Source: an uncultured cyanobacterium (GTDB taxonomy: Bacteria > Cyanobacteriota > Cyanobacteriia > Cyanobacteriales > Nostocaceae). From it: DNA of 64,000 bases. A program made the translations under genes and the position numbers. The notes below the pieces were generated by a model. The model did no database searches and was not told the DNA's origin. It worked only from the letters and a program-made list of their open reading frames with translations. The stretch covers positions 2,400,001 to 2,464,000 of the forward strand of contig CAVUDP010000002.1 in the NCBI GenBank assembly GCA_963740315.1, read 5' to 3'. This document shows, in pieces, positions 39,476 to 51,459 of this stretch (position 1 is its first letter; every line of letters begins with the position of its first letter).

Positions 39476-40912
39476 ATGACTCTGGCTGAAACTAGCAATC
39501 CCCTACTCAATCTCAATTACGAACCAGCATTTGAATCTCTTGGCGATGATTACTTTGATGAAGTAATGGCGGAGGAATTCTCGCTTCATAAACTCCGGTG
39601 GCGTAATGATGCGCTGCTTCCGTTGCTGGGATTGAACCCTGAAAAGGTAACTGACGAAGATTTTATTCAAGCTTTTGGTAAATTTGAGCAGCGCAAACCG
39701 CTTTTGGCAATGCGCTACCACGGCTATCAGTTTGGCGAATATAACCCCAGGTTGGGTGATGGAAGAGGTTTTCTTTACGGACAAGTACGCGGTTGCGATC
39801 GCGAACTTTATGATTTTGGTACGAAGGGTTCGGGTAGAACACCTTATTCCCGTGGTGGCGATGGAATGCTTACTCTCAAAGGTGGAATGCGCGAAGTCTT
39901 AGCGGCGGAAATGCTGCATCGTATGGGTGTACGCACCTCTCGCTGTCTGAGTTTGATTGAAACGGGAATGCAGTTGTGGCGCGGTGATGAACCTTCCCCG
40001 ACTCGTTCCTGTGTAATGGTAAGGATGAATCGTTCCCATATTCGTTTTGGTACTTTTGAACGTTTAAATTATTTAAAGCGTCCAGATTTAATTAAAACGC
40101 TTTTGGACCATGTAATAGAAGTTTACTACCCGCATCTAATTAAGGAGCAAGAAAAATATGCTTTATTTTATGCGGAATTAGTTGAAAGAGTTGCTAAATT
40201 AGCAGCGCAATGGATGGCGGCTGGTTTCTGTCATGCGGTTTTAAATACCGACAATATGTCGATTACTGGGGAAAGTTTTGATTACGGTCCCTATGCATTT
40301 ATTCCTACTTACGATCCGCATTTTACCGCAGCATATTTTGATTATTATAGTCGCTATGCTTACATCCATCAGCCGGATGTTTGTATGTGGAATTTGGAAA
40401 TGTTGCAAGAACCATTAAAGGCTGTAATTGATAAATCTGATATGGATGCTGGATTGATAACATTCGGTAAACATTTTCTGGGCAACTACCGCTTATTAAT
40501 GTTGAAAAAATTGGGAATTGAGCAAGAGTTACCAAAATCAGATGTGGACGAACTATTAAAAGCCACAATTGATTTTCTCAAGCATTATCCCGTTAGCTAC
40601 CATCATTTTTATGCCGACATCGCCGCAACTTTCGATCGAAAATGGCAAGACGATGCAAATTATATTTTAAAAGGTTCCGAGATCCAGAAATCTTTAGGTA
40701 CATCGGAATTATTCGTCAACTGGGCGGAAATTTATCACAGAGTCTTGAATACTATGGCAACATCGGAAATGGATAATATTGCCCAAACTTTAAACAAATA
40801 TAACCCCCAAACAGTAATTTTAAGACCTGTCATAGAATCGGTTTGGGAATCAATTGCTCAAGAAGATAATTGGCAACCTTTTAATGATTTAATCAAACAG
40901 ATTCGGGAATAG
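39476..40912 (+). CDS. selO: Protein adenylyltransferase SelO (YdiU family)
   Basis: [37 protein letters not shown]. Confidence 0.9.
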   Translation: MTLAETSNPLLNLNYEPAFESLGDDYFDEVMAEEFSLHKLRWRNDALLPLLGLNPEKVTDEDFIQAFGKFEQRKPLLAMRYHGYQFGEYNPRLGDGRGFLYGQVRGCDRELYDFGTKGSGRTPYSRGGDGMLTLKGGMREVLAAEMLHRMGVRTSRCLSLIETGMQLWRGDEPSPTRSCVMVRMNRSHIRFGTFERLNYLKRPDLIKTLLDHVIEVYYPHLIKEQEKYALFYAELVERVAKLAAQWMAAGFCHAVLNTDNMSITGESFDYGPYAFIPTYDPHFTAAYFDYYSRYAYIHQPDVCMWNLEMLQEPLKAVIDKSDMDAGLITFGKHFLGNYRLLMLKKLGIEQELPKSDVDELLKATIDFLKHYPVSYHHFYADIAATFDRKWQDDANYILKGSEIQKSLGTSELFVNWAEIYHRVLNTMATSEMDNIAQTLNKYNPQTVILRPVIESVWESIAQEDNWQPFNDLIKQIRE

Positions 40913-40914
40913 TT

Positions 40915-41048
40915 TGTAGGGTGTGTTGTCGCTCCGCGCAACGCACCGCTATATTTCGTATAAAACCTAAATAGAATGGTGCGTTAGCCGCGAAATTAAA
41001 TCATTCTAAAACAAGCCGAATTATATAAAGCGCCATAACACACCCTAC
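40915..41048. repeat. Inverted pair of GTAGGGTGTGTT...AACGCACC REP-like elements
   Basis: Same family as 24982-25217; the right copy is inverted. Confidence 0.8.
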
Positions 41049-42076
41049 AGTCTAATTGGTAATTGATAATTGATAATTGTTCCAATGCGATCGCGATTAA
41101 TTTCAATTACTAAATCAACTGATGGAGATTTTATTAATGGTTTGATAAATAATTCTGGATGCAGTGCTTTCCAAAAGTAATTTACAAATTCTTCGATTTG
41201 TAAGTCTGTCATTCCAGGTTTACCGCTGGCTTTCATCTGATTTTCGGCTTGTTTGCGCCATAAACAAGAAAGACGGTAATCTGTGGGATATAACATAATT
41301 AAACTATCCAATCGCTGCCACAAAGGTAGGTAATCTTGAAGTTTATCGTTGATATCCCTAGCAAATTCTTTGTCTGCTGCCGTAATAATTGGTGGGGGTG
41401 GATTAATAAATGCTGCCGAATTAATTGGTTTAACGCCGACAAACCAACCTTCAAATAATACGATATCAATATTGGATACTGTTTCGGGTGAAGTGCGATC
41501 GCCATTTCCAGAATGCAGCGATTTATCGAAGCGAGGAACTGTTATAATAGTTTTTCGCTCTTTAATATTATCTAAAAGATTTAAACCCAAATCAACATCA
41601 TGGGTTCCCGGTGGTCCCCGCCAAATTAAACGTGGGTCATTTTGTTGTAAAATTAAACGTGCTTGATAAGTTTTGTACAAGTCATCTAAAGACAAACTCA
41701 AAACATGGTATTCTAAGTGTGACAAAATTAATTCGATAACCTTACAAGCTGTAGTTTTACCAGTTCCTTGTCCACCTAAAAATCCCTGTATAAAAGGACG
41801 CTGAACTTCTTGATACTGGGATGCAATTTGTATTGCCAAAGGTAGCCACAAATCCCACAATGTTGGTAACATCACATTGGGTTGCATTTGTAAACTAGTT
41901 TGACATAATTCTTCAAAAGCAGGATAAATAGATTTTAGTAAATTCCAGCGTTTATGTATAGTTTCTGCGACATTTTCAGGTGTAATACCAAAAGCTTTTG
42001 CTCGTAATTTATCTTTAACCGCTGCTGATATTAAACTTTGATGTGGAGCTATATCATTTATAAATTCAGTAAGCAT
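41045..42076 (-). CDS. Plant-type D-glycerate 3-kinase
   Basis: GGQGTGKTT, SLDDLY, RGPPGTHD, PRFDKS, EGWFVG. Confidence 0.8.
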   Translation of the reverse strand: MLTEFINDIAPHQSLISAAVKDKLRAKAFGITPENVAETIHKRWNLLKSIYPAFEELCQTSLQMQPNVMLPTLWDLWLPLAIQIASQYQEVQRPFIQGFLGGQGTGKTTACKVIELILSHLEYHVLSLSLDDLYKTYQARLILQQNDPRLIWRGPPGTHDVDLGLNLLDNIKERKTIITVPRFDKSLHSGNGDRTSPETVSNIDIVLFEGWFVGVKPINSAAFINPPPPIITAADKEFARDINDKLQDYLPLWQRLDSLIMLYPTDYRLSCLWRKQAENQMKASGKPGMTDLQIEEFVNYFWKALHPELFIKPLIKSPSVDLVIEINRDRIGTIINYQLPIRL

Positions 42077-42374
42077 TTTAATAGATTAAAAGATTTTACT
42101 AAACTTTACAACATTTGTGAGTACCACGGAAATTTGTATTTCGCAAATTAATGTAGAGACGTAGCACTGCTACGTCTCCTTCATTTTGAAGACACAACGA
42201 ATCAATTTGATTAAATCATTTATGGAAGTAGACAAACGTTACAACCATAGATGTGAAAGACATCTATTATGTTGTTTTTCCCGGAGGTTTTATGATTTAA
42301 AAAACCGCAGAGAGCGCAGAGAGCGCGGAGAGCGCGGAGGAAAGAGGGTAGAAGAGGAGTAATTGTTAAATAAG

Positions 42375-45300
42375 TTAAAAATTAATTTTTACAATCGCAT
42401 CATTAAAGTCTTTATCGCCAGCATTCACCGTATCCTCAAAGCCAAAGGTGTTGTCAGCAAGCAAGCGAATATGATCTGTTTTATCGCTGTTTGCACCTAA
42501 AAAGGCAAAGTAAACTTCGGCATTATTATTAATAGCTTCATCGAAGGTACCATCTGCAATTATGAAAGGAGCTAAAATACTTCCAGCTTCTAAAATTCCA
42601 TCTACTGTTGTGGTGGTTTGATTCTCTGTTGCTAGTAAATCCAAGCCGGTAATTCGGTTTGTTAAAGCTGCATCTTTATATCCGGCATCGTTGGGATTAA
42701 TATCGGCGATTCCATCACCATTAGTATCGATGCCGCCGTTAATATCGCTGATTTTGTAGAAACCAATTAGGTTATCGAAAGCAGCTTCTCGATATACTTC
42801 AACGTTAACTGCTGCGTCATCTGTGATATCGCGTAAATCGATAAGTTCTTTTTTGGTTTGTAATTTAGTTGCTTTAGCAGAATTATCTTGAGTTAATGCT
42901 GCATTCAATTGGATATCGTTAAAATCATCTCCACCCGCTGAATCTTCCCATTCTAAAGTAAATCCTTCTGAATTTAAGTTATCTACCCGTAAATTTTCAG
43001 AGGTGGAAAAGAAGATAGGTAAGTTGGTATTTCCGGTTGATTCTATTTCCGCAAGCGCGGCATCTGTGGTACCGTTGGATACCATGAAAAATTGCAAACG
43101 GGCATTACTATCAACTTCAACTATCCGCTGAATGTTTTCAACTGCGAATCCATTGGGGTTTTCAGAAAGAGCGGAAAAGATTATTTGCGATTGGTTTAAA
43201 GCTGCTTTGAGAAAACCGTCGCTACCCGGCGCTAACCCATCAATATTACCGTTTTCGTCAACTACAAATACACCAATTTCATTGACATTACTGGCATTAA
43301 TATTAGCTAAAGTAAACTTGATATTGGTTTTTTCCCCTGCATCTAAAACAAAGATGCCGTTTTGACTTTGATTAACGTCAAACTTAGCTGGAGCTACATC
43401 AATTAAATTAACAGTAATATTCGCGGAATCGCTTAAACCACCTGCATCTGTTGCTGTTACCTGGAGATTAAAGCTGGGTGTAGTTTCAAAATCGATATCA
43501 TCTTTATCGTTAACTGCGATTTCTCCGGTATTGGAATCGATCGCAAAAGCTAGCTTACCATCTTTATCTGGATCGAGATTTCCAGAAACCAAGGCAAAAT
43601 TTAAAACCTCATCTGGATCGTTTGCTGCGATAATACCAATTACGGTGTTTTCTAGGCTATTTTCTTTGATAGAGAAAACTGCATCGTTGATCGCAGGTGC
43701 TTGATTAGCGTTTTCTACTTTCAAAGTAAACGTATTGCTAACGGATGCACCAGCAGTGTCAGTTGCAGTCACTTTAATATTGATTTCACCAAGATTATCG
43801 TTTGTAGGAGTGCCGGTGAAAGTACCATTTGCGAAATTTAACCAAGTTGGTAACTGGGAATCATCCTCTAAAGTTGCAGAGTAAGTTAAGGTATCTCCGA
43901 TATCTGAATCTGTAAAAGTATCTGCTGGTAAAGTGAAATCGAATGCTGTATCTTGAGGAGTAGTAACACTGGCGATCGCATTTTTTACAATCGGAGCATC
44001 GTTAACTGCATCTACCGTGATATTGAATGATGTAGAAGTATCGCTGGCGTTACCCGCAGCATCTTTAGCAACAGCAGTAAATTCATAACTGTTATCAACA
44101 AGAATGGTATTCGTATAATCAAAATTCCAGTTTCCAGAATTATCAGTAGTAGTTGTGCCGATATTACCATCTTGGAAAACTTCGATATTGCTGTTTGCTT
44201 CAGCGCTACCGCTAATAATTAAAGTGTTATCGCTGGTAATTCCATCTCCAATAGCACCCGTATCTTCTGTGAAAGAAATTATAGAAGGTGTATTTGGATT
44301 TTTGTTATCAATGCTGAATAAATCATCCTTAGTGAAAGCAGCTTGAATATTACCAACTTTATCTTGAGCGTTTTCTACTTTGACATCGATAGCAGCTACT
44401 TCTTCGTTTGCATCGGTAACGGTATAGGTTGCAATATAGGTTTTACTATCAACACCCCAACTTCCACTACCAAAAGTAATTGTATTTTGAAGATTTTCGA
44501 TTGTGATACTCGGATTTACTCCAGTATCCATATCTTCCGAATATTCCACAGTTAAGGTAAAGCTGGTGCTGGAATCGGAAATTGTGGAAGTTGAAGCGGT
44601 AATGTTACTAACTGTTGGTAAAGTTAAATCAGCTTCTCTAGTTATTTGAGTTGCAGCGATATTATCATTACCAGCAATATCTTGAGCAACTGCTGAATTA
44701 ATATCTATTGTTACCATACCAGTACTGGTAGGTGTAATATCAAAAGTGTAATTGCTAAAGTTGTCAACGAGGTTGCTAGCTGTAGCGTTAGTTAGAGTAA
44801 TATCGTCGATATTGAAGCCATTTACTAACTCTGAAAATTCAGCAGTGACATTAAATTTAGAATTAACAGTTGCTGCTGCTGTGGAAGTTAATGTAACTGT
44901 TGGCGCGATCGTATCAATTATAATATTTTTATTCGCACCAAGGGAACCTATTTCACTGGGATTTGGTAAAGTTAAATCGACATTACTACCATTATTATCT
45001 TTAATACTACCGCTGTTAAGTTGTAAAGCTGAGTTAGAAATATAGTCTAAATCAAGGCTTTCATCTCCCTGCTCTACGGTATAACTAAAGTTGAGGATAT
45101 CGCTACCGCTACCGCTAGTGTAAGTTGCAATTCTAACGTTTGTACCCGTTTCTTCGTTTGTACCCGTTTCTAAAGTTAATTGCAGCGCACCACCAAGACT
45201 ATCAAGATTAACATTCACCTCTTTTGCAAATTCAACCGTAATATCTACAGTATCCCCGGTTTTATAAGTACCATCGGCAGTAGTAGCGCTAACTTCTACA

Positions 45301-47074
45301 ACAGATACAATTTCATAAGCACCAATATCAACTGTAGTATCAATAATTCTCTCGAATCCTACACCTCTTTGCTCGAAGGGTATTTCAGTAGTATTACTAT
45401 CTCCATCTATATCAAAAGTATCTTGAGCAATATTACTATTACTTCCTGCATTAATTGCTGGGCTACCGCTTAACAATGCGTGAGTTTGAGTTAATCCGCC
45501 GTTATTTTGTAGATTACCGAGTTTGGCATCAATAGGATTAGCAGAAGTACCAACAATATCACCGTTGTTTCCATTAGTGAAACTGCTTCCGTCACCGTTA
45601 CCAATTAAATTATTTCCATTGCTGGTAGTGATTCCTTGAATAGGATTTACACTAAATTGATTTCTGATGTCATCATTATTAGTATTTCCTGCAATAATAC
45701 TGTTGCTAACTGTTAAATCACCAACGTTAGCAACACCACTTGCTAATTCAGTGCCTGCGGTATTTTTTGTAATAGTGCTATTTTTAATTGTTGCTGTAGC
45801 ACGTACTATTGTAAAAGTTTGATTAATATCAACTGTATTAACCAATCCTCCACCGCTTGCTTGTGCATTATTACCACTTAAAGTACTATTAATTAAATTC
45901 AGATTTCCATCATTACGAATACCACCACCGTTTAAAGCTGTATTACCGCTAAAGGTGCTATTTATAATATTTACTGTTGTCAGCAGTAGTATTAAGTAAT
46001 CCCCCACCACCACTGGTTTGACTGGTGCCAATAGAAGTATTACCAGCTACGGTACTATTAATAATCGTTAAATTACCGTCATTGCGAATACCACCACCAT
46101 CGTCAGCAGCTTGGTTATTTTTAACTACAATATTTTCTAAAGTTAAATTACCACGATTCTAAATACCACCACCGTCATCGTTGGAATTACCATCTTGAAT
46201 TGTAAAACCATCAATGTTGACATCAATTTGATTACTATTATTATCAACTTTGAAAACGCGAGATATATTATTACCACTGATAGTTAAATTATCTGCTCCT
46301 AAACCTTGAATAGTTACAGCATTTGTGATATTCAAGGTACCGCTAGTTAAGGCAATAGTTTGTCCATTTAAACTAGCGTCAAAGGTAATAGTATCTGCTT
46401 CCGAAGTAGCATTAGCATCCTCAATTGCTTTTCGTAATGAACCATCACCAGAATCGTTGCTGTTATTAACTATTAAGTTTGCCAGTATACCGGTATAACT
46501 TAACTGTTGTAGAAAATGCTAAAGATTTATTATTGCTGTTACCTTCAGTTACTTCTAATTCCCAATTCCCACCTTTTTCCACATTCCCAACTACCGTTGT
46601 CGAAGCTGCAATATTTGCTTTTGTTAACCGATGCAGCTTTTCGATAAACTCTTCCCCAGCGTCACCTGCTGCGACGTTGCAACCGTAGAGGAAGAGATGG
46701 GGGGATGGGGAGATGGGGGGATGGGGAGATGGGGGGATGGGGAGATGGGGAGATGAGGGGATGTGGAGATTAAACCAGCTTTTTAACTGGCGATCGCACT
46801 TATCTAAATTGCTTAAATTAAGTTCAGAGTTACCCAAATACAAGCAACCGGGGGAGCCGTGGGAAACAATATGAATTGTAGCGAACTGTTTTTTTGTTAA
46901 TACTTCGGTAATTTGTTCAATTCCATCTCGCTTGGAGTCGAGTACAACTATTTCAATTCCCGGTTTTACACCATTTACTAAACTTTGATAATCAGAAACT
47001 CCTGCATCAATGAAAGCTATTTCTTGCTTAGGGAATAAGGATATTTGATTTTGGTTGTTTGTAGATAATTTCAT
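42375..47074 (-). pseudogene. Disrupted large surface protein (DUF4347, beta-helix GGGI repeats, Ig-like/cadherin domains, DUF4114-like end)
   Basis: Continuous coding logic across the 46466-47074 and 42375-46031 ORFs, broken by frameshifts near 46500 and 45981 and an in-frame TAG at 46159-46161. Confidence 0.8.
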
Positions 47075-47389
47075 TTTGGTTCAGTGATATTACTTATTTG
47101 GGTAAATAGATGGTAGAAAAATATTGGTGTTTATTCTCATGGGTTCTACTTGCCGACTTTAGTCCTAAATTCAAGAGCTAAAGCTCTTACTACCAAGGCA
47201 AAAAATAATCACTGGCTTCATAAGCAGCAATCAATCTTTCTCTATTTTTCTTCTGATAGATGCGAATAATATGAAGACGAATAGGAATCAAGTATAAAAA
47301 GTGTGTAAAAGCACAATAAACAATTTATACTTTTACCTAGAAAACAACCACTGTGTTTTTACTCAATTGATTTTATATCGTTCTAATCC

Positions 47390-47520
47390 AGCCCGTGCAG
47401 AGGGGGTTTGTAGATATAGCCCCAGACTTCGAGTCTGCGGGCGATTGAGCGTATTGATCCAAATCGTTTATCCGGCGGTTTCAACCGCTGCTACACAAGC
47501 AAAACCCACCTGTGTGGGTT
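47390..47520. repeat. Inverted pair of a cyanobacterial dispersed repeat
   Basis: AGCCCGTGCAGAGGGGGTTTGTAGATATAGC... mirrored by ...GCTACACAAGCAAAACCCACCTGTGTGGGTT. Confidence 0.6.
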
Positions 47521-47719
47521 AATAATAAATAATATTCTTCTAAACCTTTTGTCCTGGTTCTAACTGTAAATTAATAGAAGTTGCCAGCATAAATATTTTT
47601 TTCCTTAGCTAACACCATTTTGCAGTAACGCCGTAAGGTTGTGAATGTAACGAATTAATTTCGTAAACAGCACCCGATTATTTACCATAATAAGAAAGAC
47701 TTTACTAAACTTCACAACC

Positions 47720-48598
47720 GTGACTACCACACCACAAGCAACAACCACTTTTGAAAAACTCTTTTGGATTTGGAAGGGTTACAAAATTCAGTACACCGTC
47801 ATGGGTACGGGAAAACCTTTAGTATTAATTCACGGTTTCGGTGCATCTATCGGACATTGGCGGAAAAATATTCCGGTATTAGCCGACGCTGGCTATCAAG
47901 TGTTTGCACTGGATTTATTAGGATTTGGTGGTTCCGATAAAGCACCCATCGAGTACAGCGTTGATTTATGGGTAGAGTTGCTCAAAGATTTTTGGCAGGA
48001 ACACATCAAGCAACCTGCCGTATTTATCGGTAACTCTGTAGGTGCGTTGATAAGTTTGACTATTGCAGCAGAGCATCCCGAAATTACCAGTGGCGCTGTT
48101 TTAATCAACGCTGCGGGAGGCTTGAGCCATCGCTCGGACGAATTAAACCCACCGCTACGCTTTGTGATGGGCAGTTTTAATAAATTAGTTGGTCATCCGA
48201 TAACGGGTAAATTTGTATTTAATAATATCCGCAGAAAATCGCAAATCAAACGCACCCTCTACCAAGTGTATCGCGATCGCAATGCCGTCACCGATGAATT
48301 AGTAGATATGCTTTACGAACCATCCTGTGACGAAGGCGCACAGCAAGTATTTGCATCAATTTTGACAGCCCCTCCCGGTGATTCCCCAGAGGAATTATTA
48401 CCCAAAGTCGAGCGTCCATTATTAGTAATTTGGGGGGCAGACGATCCTTGGACACCGATCGCAGGAGCAAAAGTATACGAACAAGCCAAAGAAAACGGTA
48501 AAGACATCAAAATCGTGCCAATTCCCGGAGCGGGGCACTGTCCACATGATGAAGTTCCCGATTTGGTGAATCCGCAGATTATTGATTGGGTGAAGTAG
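47720..48598 (+). CDS. Alpha/beta hydrolase
   Basis: HGFGAS, GNSVG nucleophile elbow, GHCPHDE. Confidence 0.9.
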   Translation: MTTTPQATTTFEKLFWIWKGYKIQYTVMGTGKPLVLIHGFGASIGHWRKNIPVLADAGYQVFALDLLGFGGSDKAPIEYSVDLWVELLKDFWQEHIKQPAVFIGNSVGALISLTIAAEHPEITSGAVLINAAGGLSHRSDELNPPLRFVMGSFNKLVGHPITGKFVFNNIRRKSQIKRTLYQVYRDRNAVTDELVDMLYEPSCDEGAQQVFASILTAPPGDSPEELLPKVERPLLVIWGADDPWTPIAGAKVYEQAKENGKDIKIVPIPGAGHCPHDEVPDLVNPQIIDWVK

Positions 48599-48599
48599 A

Positions 48600-48790
48600 A
48601 GAGAGGGGGTAGAGGGGGTAGAGGGGGTAGAGGGGGGAGATGGGGGGATGGGGAGAGGGGGGACAAGGGAACAAGGAGACAAGGGGACAAGGGGAAGATC
48701 ATTTACCCGCTATTACCAATCACTAATGCCCTATGCCCTATGCCCAATGCCCAATGCCCCATCCCCAATCCCCAATCCCCAATTCCTAAC
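48600..48790. repeat. STRR tracts (GAGGGGGTA, GGGACAA, CCCAATG/CCCAATC)
   Basis: Tandem short repeats between convergent genes. Confidence 0.85.
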
Positions 48791-49628
48791 TTTCAAAAGT
48801 ATTACAAGCATCAATCCTACCAGTTTGAATACCTGTTTTAAACCATTTAACGCGCTGTGCGGAACTTCCGTGAGTGAATGATTCGGGGACGACATATCCT
48901 TTTGAGCGCTTTTGCAGTCTATCGTCACCGATGCTCGCGGCTGCATTCATGGCTTCTTCAACGTCTCCTTGTTCGATAATTTGTCTTTGTCTTTGTGCGT
49001 GATGTGCCCAAATTCCGGCAAAACAGTCTGCTTGTAATTCTAATCTTACGGAAAGTTGGTTCGCTTGAACTTGACCAACTCGATTTTGTACTCTTCTAAC
49101 TTCGTCGGAAATTCCCATCAAATTCTGCACGTGATGTCCGACTTCGTGAGCAATTACATATGCTTGAGCAAAATCTCCAGGTGCCCCAAGCTTGTTTTTT
49201 AAATCTCGGAAAAAGCTTAAATCTAAATATACTTTTTGGTCGGGAGGACAGTAAAAGGGACCTACCGCAGAACTCGTATAACCGCAAGCTGATTGTACTG
49301 CATTCTCAAAAAGAACTAATTTCGGTTCCCGATAGTTTCTTCCCATTTGTCGAAATAAAGGGTTCCAGGTATCTTCAGTATCGGCAAGCACTACTGAAAC
49401 GAATTGTCCCATTTCATCTTTAGGTTGAGAAGTTGTTTGAGTCGGAGTTGAATAGCCATTATCTTGAGGAGCTATTTGGTCGATAACTGCTGGATCTACA
49501 CCTAAAAGTACCGCAATCAAGGTAAGAACCAAACCGCCAATACCACCACCAACAACCCCTGGAGAAACTCCTCTACCGCCGCGTCTGTCTTCAACATTGT
49601 CACTTTTTCGACCAAATTCCCAACGCAT
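48786..49628 (-). CDS. Neutral zinc metallopeptidase (YpfJ-like)
   Basis: NVEDRRG, GPFYCP, HEVGHH, ELQADC, FTHGSS. Confidence 0.9.
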   Translation of the reverse strand: MRWEFGRKSDNVEDRRGGRGVSPGVVGGGIGGLVLTLIAVLLGVDPAVIDQIAPQDNGYSTPTQTTSQPKDEMGQFVSVVLADTEDTWNPLFRQMGRNYREPKLVLFENAVQSACGYTSSAVGPFYCPPDQKVYLDLSFFRDLKNKLGAPGDFAQAYVIAHEVGHHVQNLMGISDEVRRVQNRVGQVQANQLSVRLELQADCFAGIWAHHAQRQRQIIEQGDVEEAMNAAASIGDDRLQKRSKGYVVPESFTHGSSAQRVKWFKTGIQTGRIDACNTFES

Positions 49629-49840
49629 AATAATAATTAGTAATTAGTAATTCCTAGTTCGTAATTATTATAGATAGGGTTGATTGCCTGTTCTTTGTTA
49701 ATTACGAATTTTCCGTTTGTCAGCAGTATGAGCGATTAAAACTAATTGTGTAAACTAACTTTAGTCTTGATTATTACTCTTGGTTCTTATAGCTAAAGAG
49801 AGAGGTGTGAAAATACATGATAATAATTTAAAAGAACGAA

Positions 49841-49900
49841 AGTTCGTAGTAAGGGCATTGGTTCCCTAAATCCGAGGGCTGAAGCCCTTACTACAAACCT
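49841..49900. repeat. Short dispersed palindromic repeat (GTAGTAAGGGC...GCCCTTACTAC)
   Basis: Same family as 23257-23426. Confidence 0.75.
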
Positions 49901-49915
49901 TATATTCTCAAAATT

Positions 49916-50521
49916 ATGGCAGCGGAAAGTACGAACATAAAATCTTTGAAAACAGAGCTAATGCAACAGGTAGAAGCGTTACCATTGCAGCAAGCTATAT
50001 TTCCCCAATCAGAACCAGATATAGATAAAATTGTGGAACAGTTGGAGGAAATCAACCCAATTCCCCAACCTTTGAGTTCTAATAATCAAACTTTAATATT
50101 TGGTAACTGGCAGTTAATATATGCTTCTAATGGAACGGTAGTTACCCGTCAAGTTGCCACTATTCCAGATTGGACGGGATTTAAAATCAAGCAGGTATAT
50201 CAAACTTTGAGTGCAGGTGATAGTGGAATTGCAACTTCTAACTGCGCCAAAATCGAATTACCTTTGCTGGGTGAATGGAAAATCCAGGCTAATGGTATTT
50301 GGAAGTGCGATCGCGATCAAACAACTGCTTTAGTCAGCTTTGATGAATTCGCGTTTCAAGCAACAAAACCCTTTAATTTACCATTTCATTTACCCGAATT
50401 GAAAATTCCAGTTTTGGAAGCTTTCCGCAATGAAGCTGTATGGATAACTAGTTACTTGGATGAAGAAATTCGAGTCGGAAGGGGGAAGACGGGGAATTTG
50501 TTTTTGTTTATTAGAGAATGA
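49916..50521 (+). CDS. PAP/fibrillin family protein
   Basis: LEEINP, GNWQLIY, TSYLDEEIRVGRG. Confidence 0.85.
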   Translation: MAAESTNIKSLKTELMQQVEALPLQQAIFPQSEPDIDKIVEQLEEINPIPQPLSSNNQTLIFGNWQLIYASNGTVVTRQVATIPDWTGFKIKQVYQTLSAGDSGIATSNCAKIELPLLGEWKIQANGIWKCDRDQTTALVSFDEFAFQATKPFNLPFHLPELKIPVLEAFRNEAVWITSYLDEEIRVGRGKTGNLFLFIRE

Positions 50522-50524
50522 ACC

Positions 50525-50842
50525 TTAGAACCTTATAGAATCTAAAGATTGCAAAATTATAGCAGACCGTTCCATAGAACCTATCTCAATGAATGAGTTA
50601 CACGCTATTTTATCTCCACTGCCGCAGCGTTGTATGAGCGCACTCTTGATATTACTAAGCTTTGCACACCCATCGGCATACTTGTAAACATAACACCTAT
50701 TTATAGCAATACCGGCTACAGTAAGAGCTTTTGTATACACAAGTTTCTGTACTTGTACGGCTTTTTGTGCTTGTACTTGAGTAGTCACAACAACGCTAGC
50801 GCTAGCAAATAATCCTGTGAGTAATAAAGACCAGTGGCGCAT
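50525..50842 (-). CDS. Small secreted hypothetical protein with four Cys
   Basis: Signal peptide ending VQA; 105 aa. Confidence 0.55.
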   Translation of the reverse strand: MRHWSLLLTGLFASASVVVTTQVQAQKAVQVQKLVYTKALTVAGIAINRCYVYKYADGCAKLSNIKSALIQRCGSGDKIACNSFIEIGSMERSAIILQSLDSIRF

Positions 50843-51052
50843 TAAGTAAATTACGTTACACTTAACTATATATAGATTACAATCTATACCATGTGTTTTT
50901 GCAACGAAGTTTTCAGAAATTAACTTTTTATCGTGGTGTTACTCAATCAGTTAGCAAGAACGATACAAATATGCCGTAAGTAATAACCTGCAAATCCGGG
51001 TTAATAGAGTTACATTTTTTGCTAATAGAAGAATAGGTTTAATGCAAATAAA

Positions 51053-51177
51053 TAGGACTTACGATATTGTTACAGCAGAAAAATGGTGCGTGAGGCTACA
51101 AGTCTTATTACTACGTTCAAATTTATTCATAGCGTCACACACCCTACAAGAAAATTGTGCCAGTTGTGTAAGTCCTA
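51053..51177. mobile_element. MITE-like element with a REP-like element inside
   Basis: Ends TAGGACTTAC...GTAAGTCCTA; internal GGTGCGTGA...TCACACACCCTAC. Confidence 0.6.
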
Positions 51178-51380
51178 GTAAATACATAGTTAATTAAAGC
51201 AGGACTTTTAGAAAAAGTATGGTGTTCCAGACAATAAGATCCCCCCAACCCCCCTTTTTTAAGGGGGGCTTTATGTAACTCCTATAAAGTTCAAATGTTG
51301 AAAACTCCTAACTTCTCATCTTCAATCCAAAATTATTAACCACTAACCACTAACAACTAACAACTAACTCTTAAAATTTA

Positions 51381-51394
51381 AGTACGATTGTTCT
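51381..51394 (+). promoter_or_regulatory. Cyanobacterial LexA box upstream of uvrA
   Basis: AGTACGATTGTTCT matches RGTACNNNDGTWCB. Confidence 0.75.
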
Positions 51395-51459
51395 ACCATA
51401 ACTACAGTAACGATAGTATTATTAAGGATTGTCCCTTGCCGCCATCCCACATTGCTGAT

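Noticed and set aside
47301..47522. 73-aa ORF
   Set aside because: Overlaps a dispersed inverted-repeat element; no coding signature
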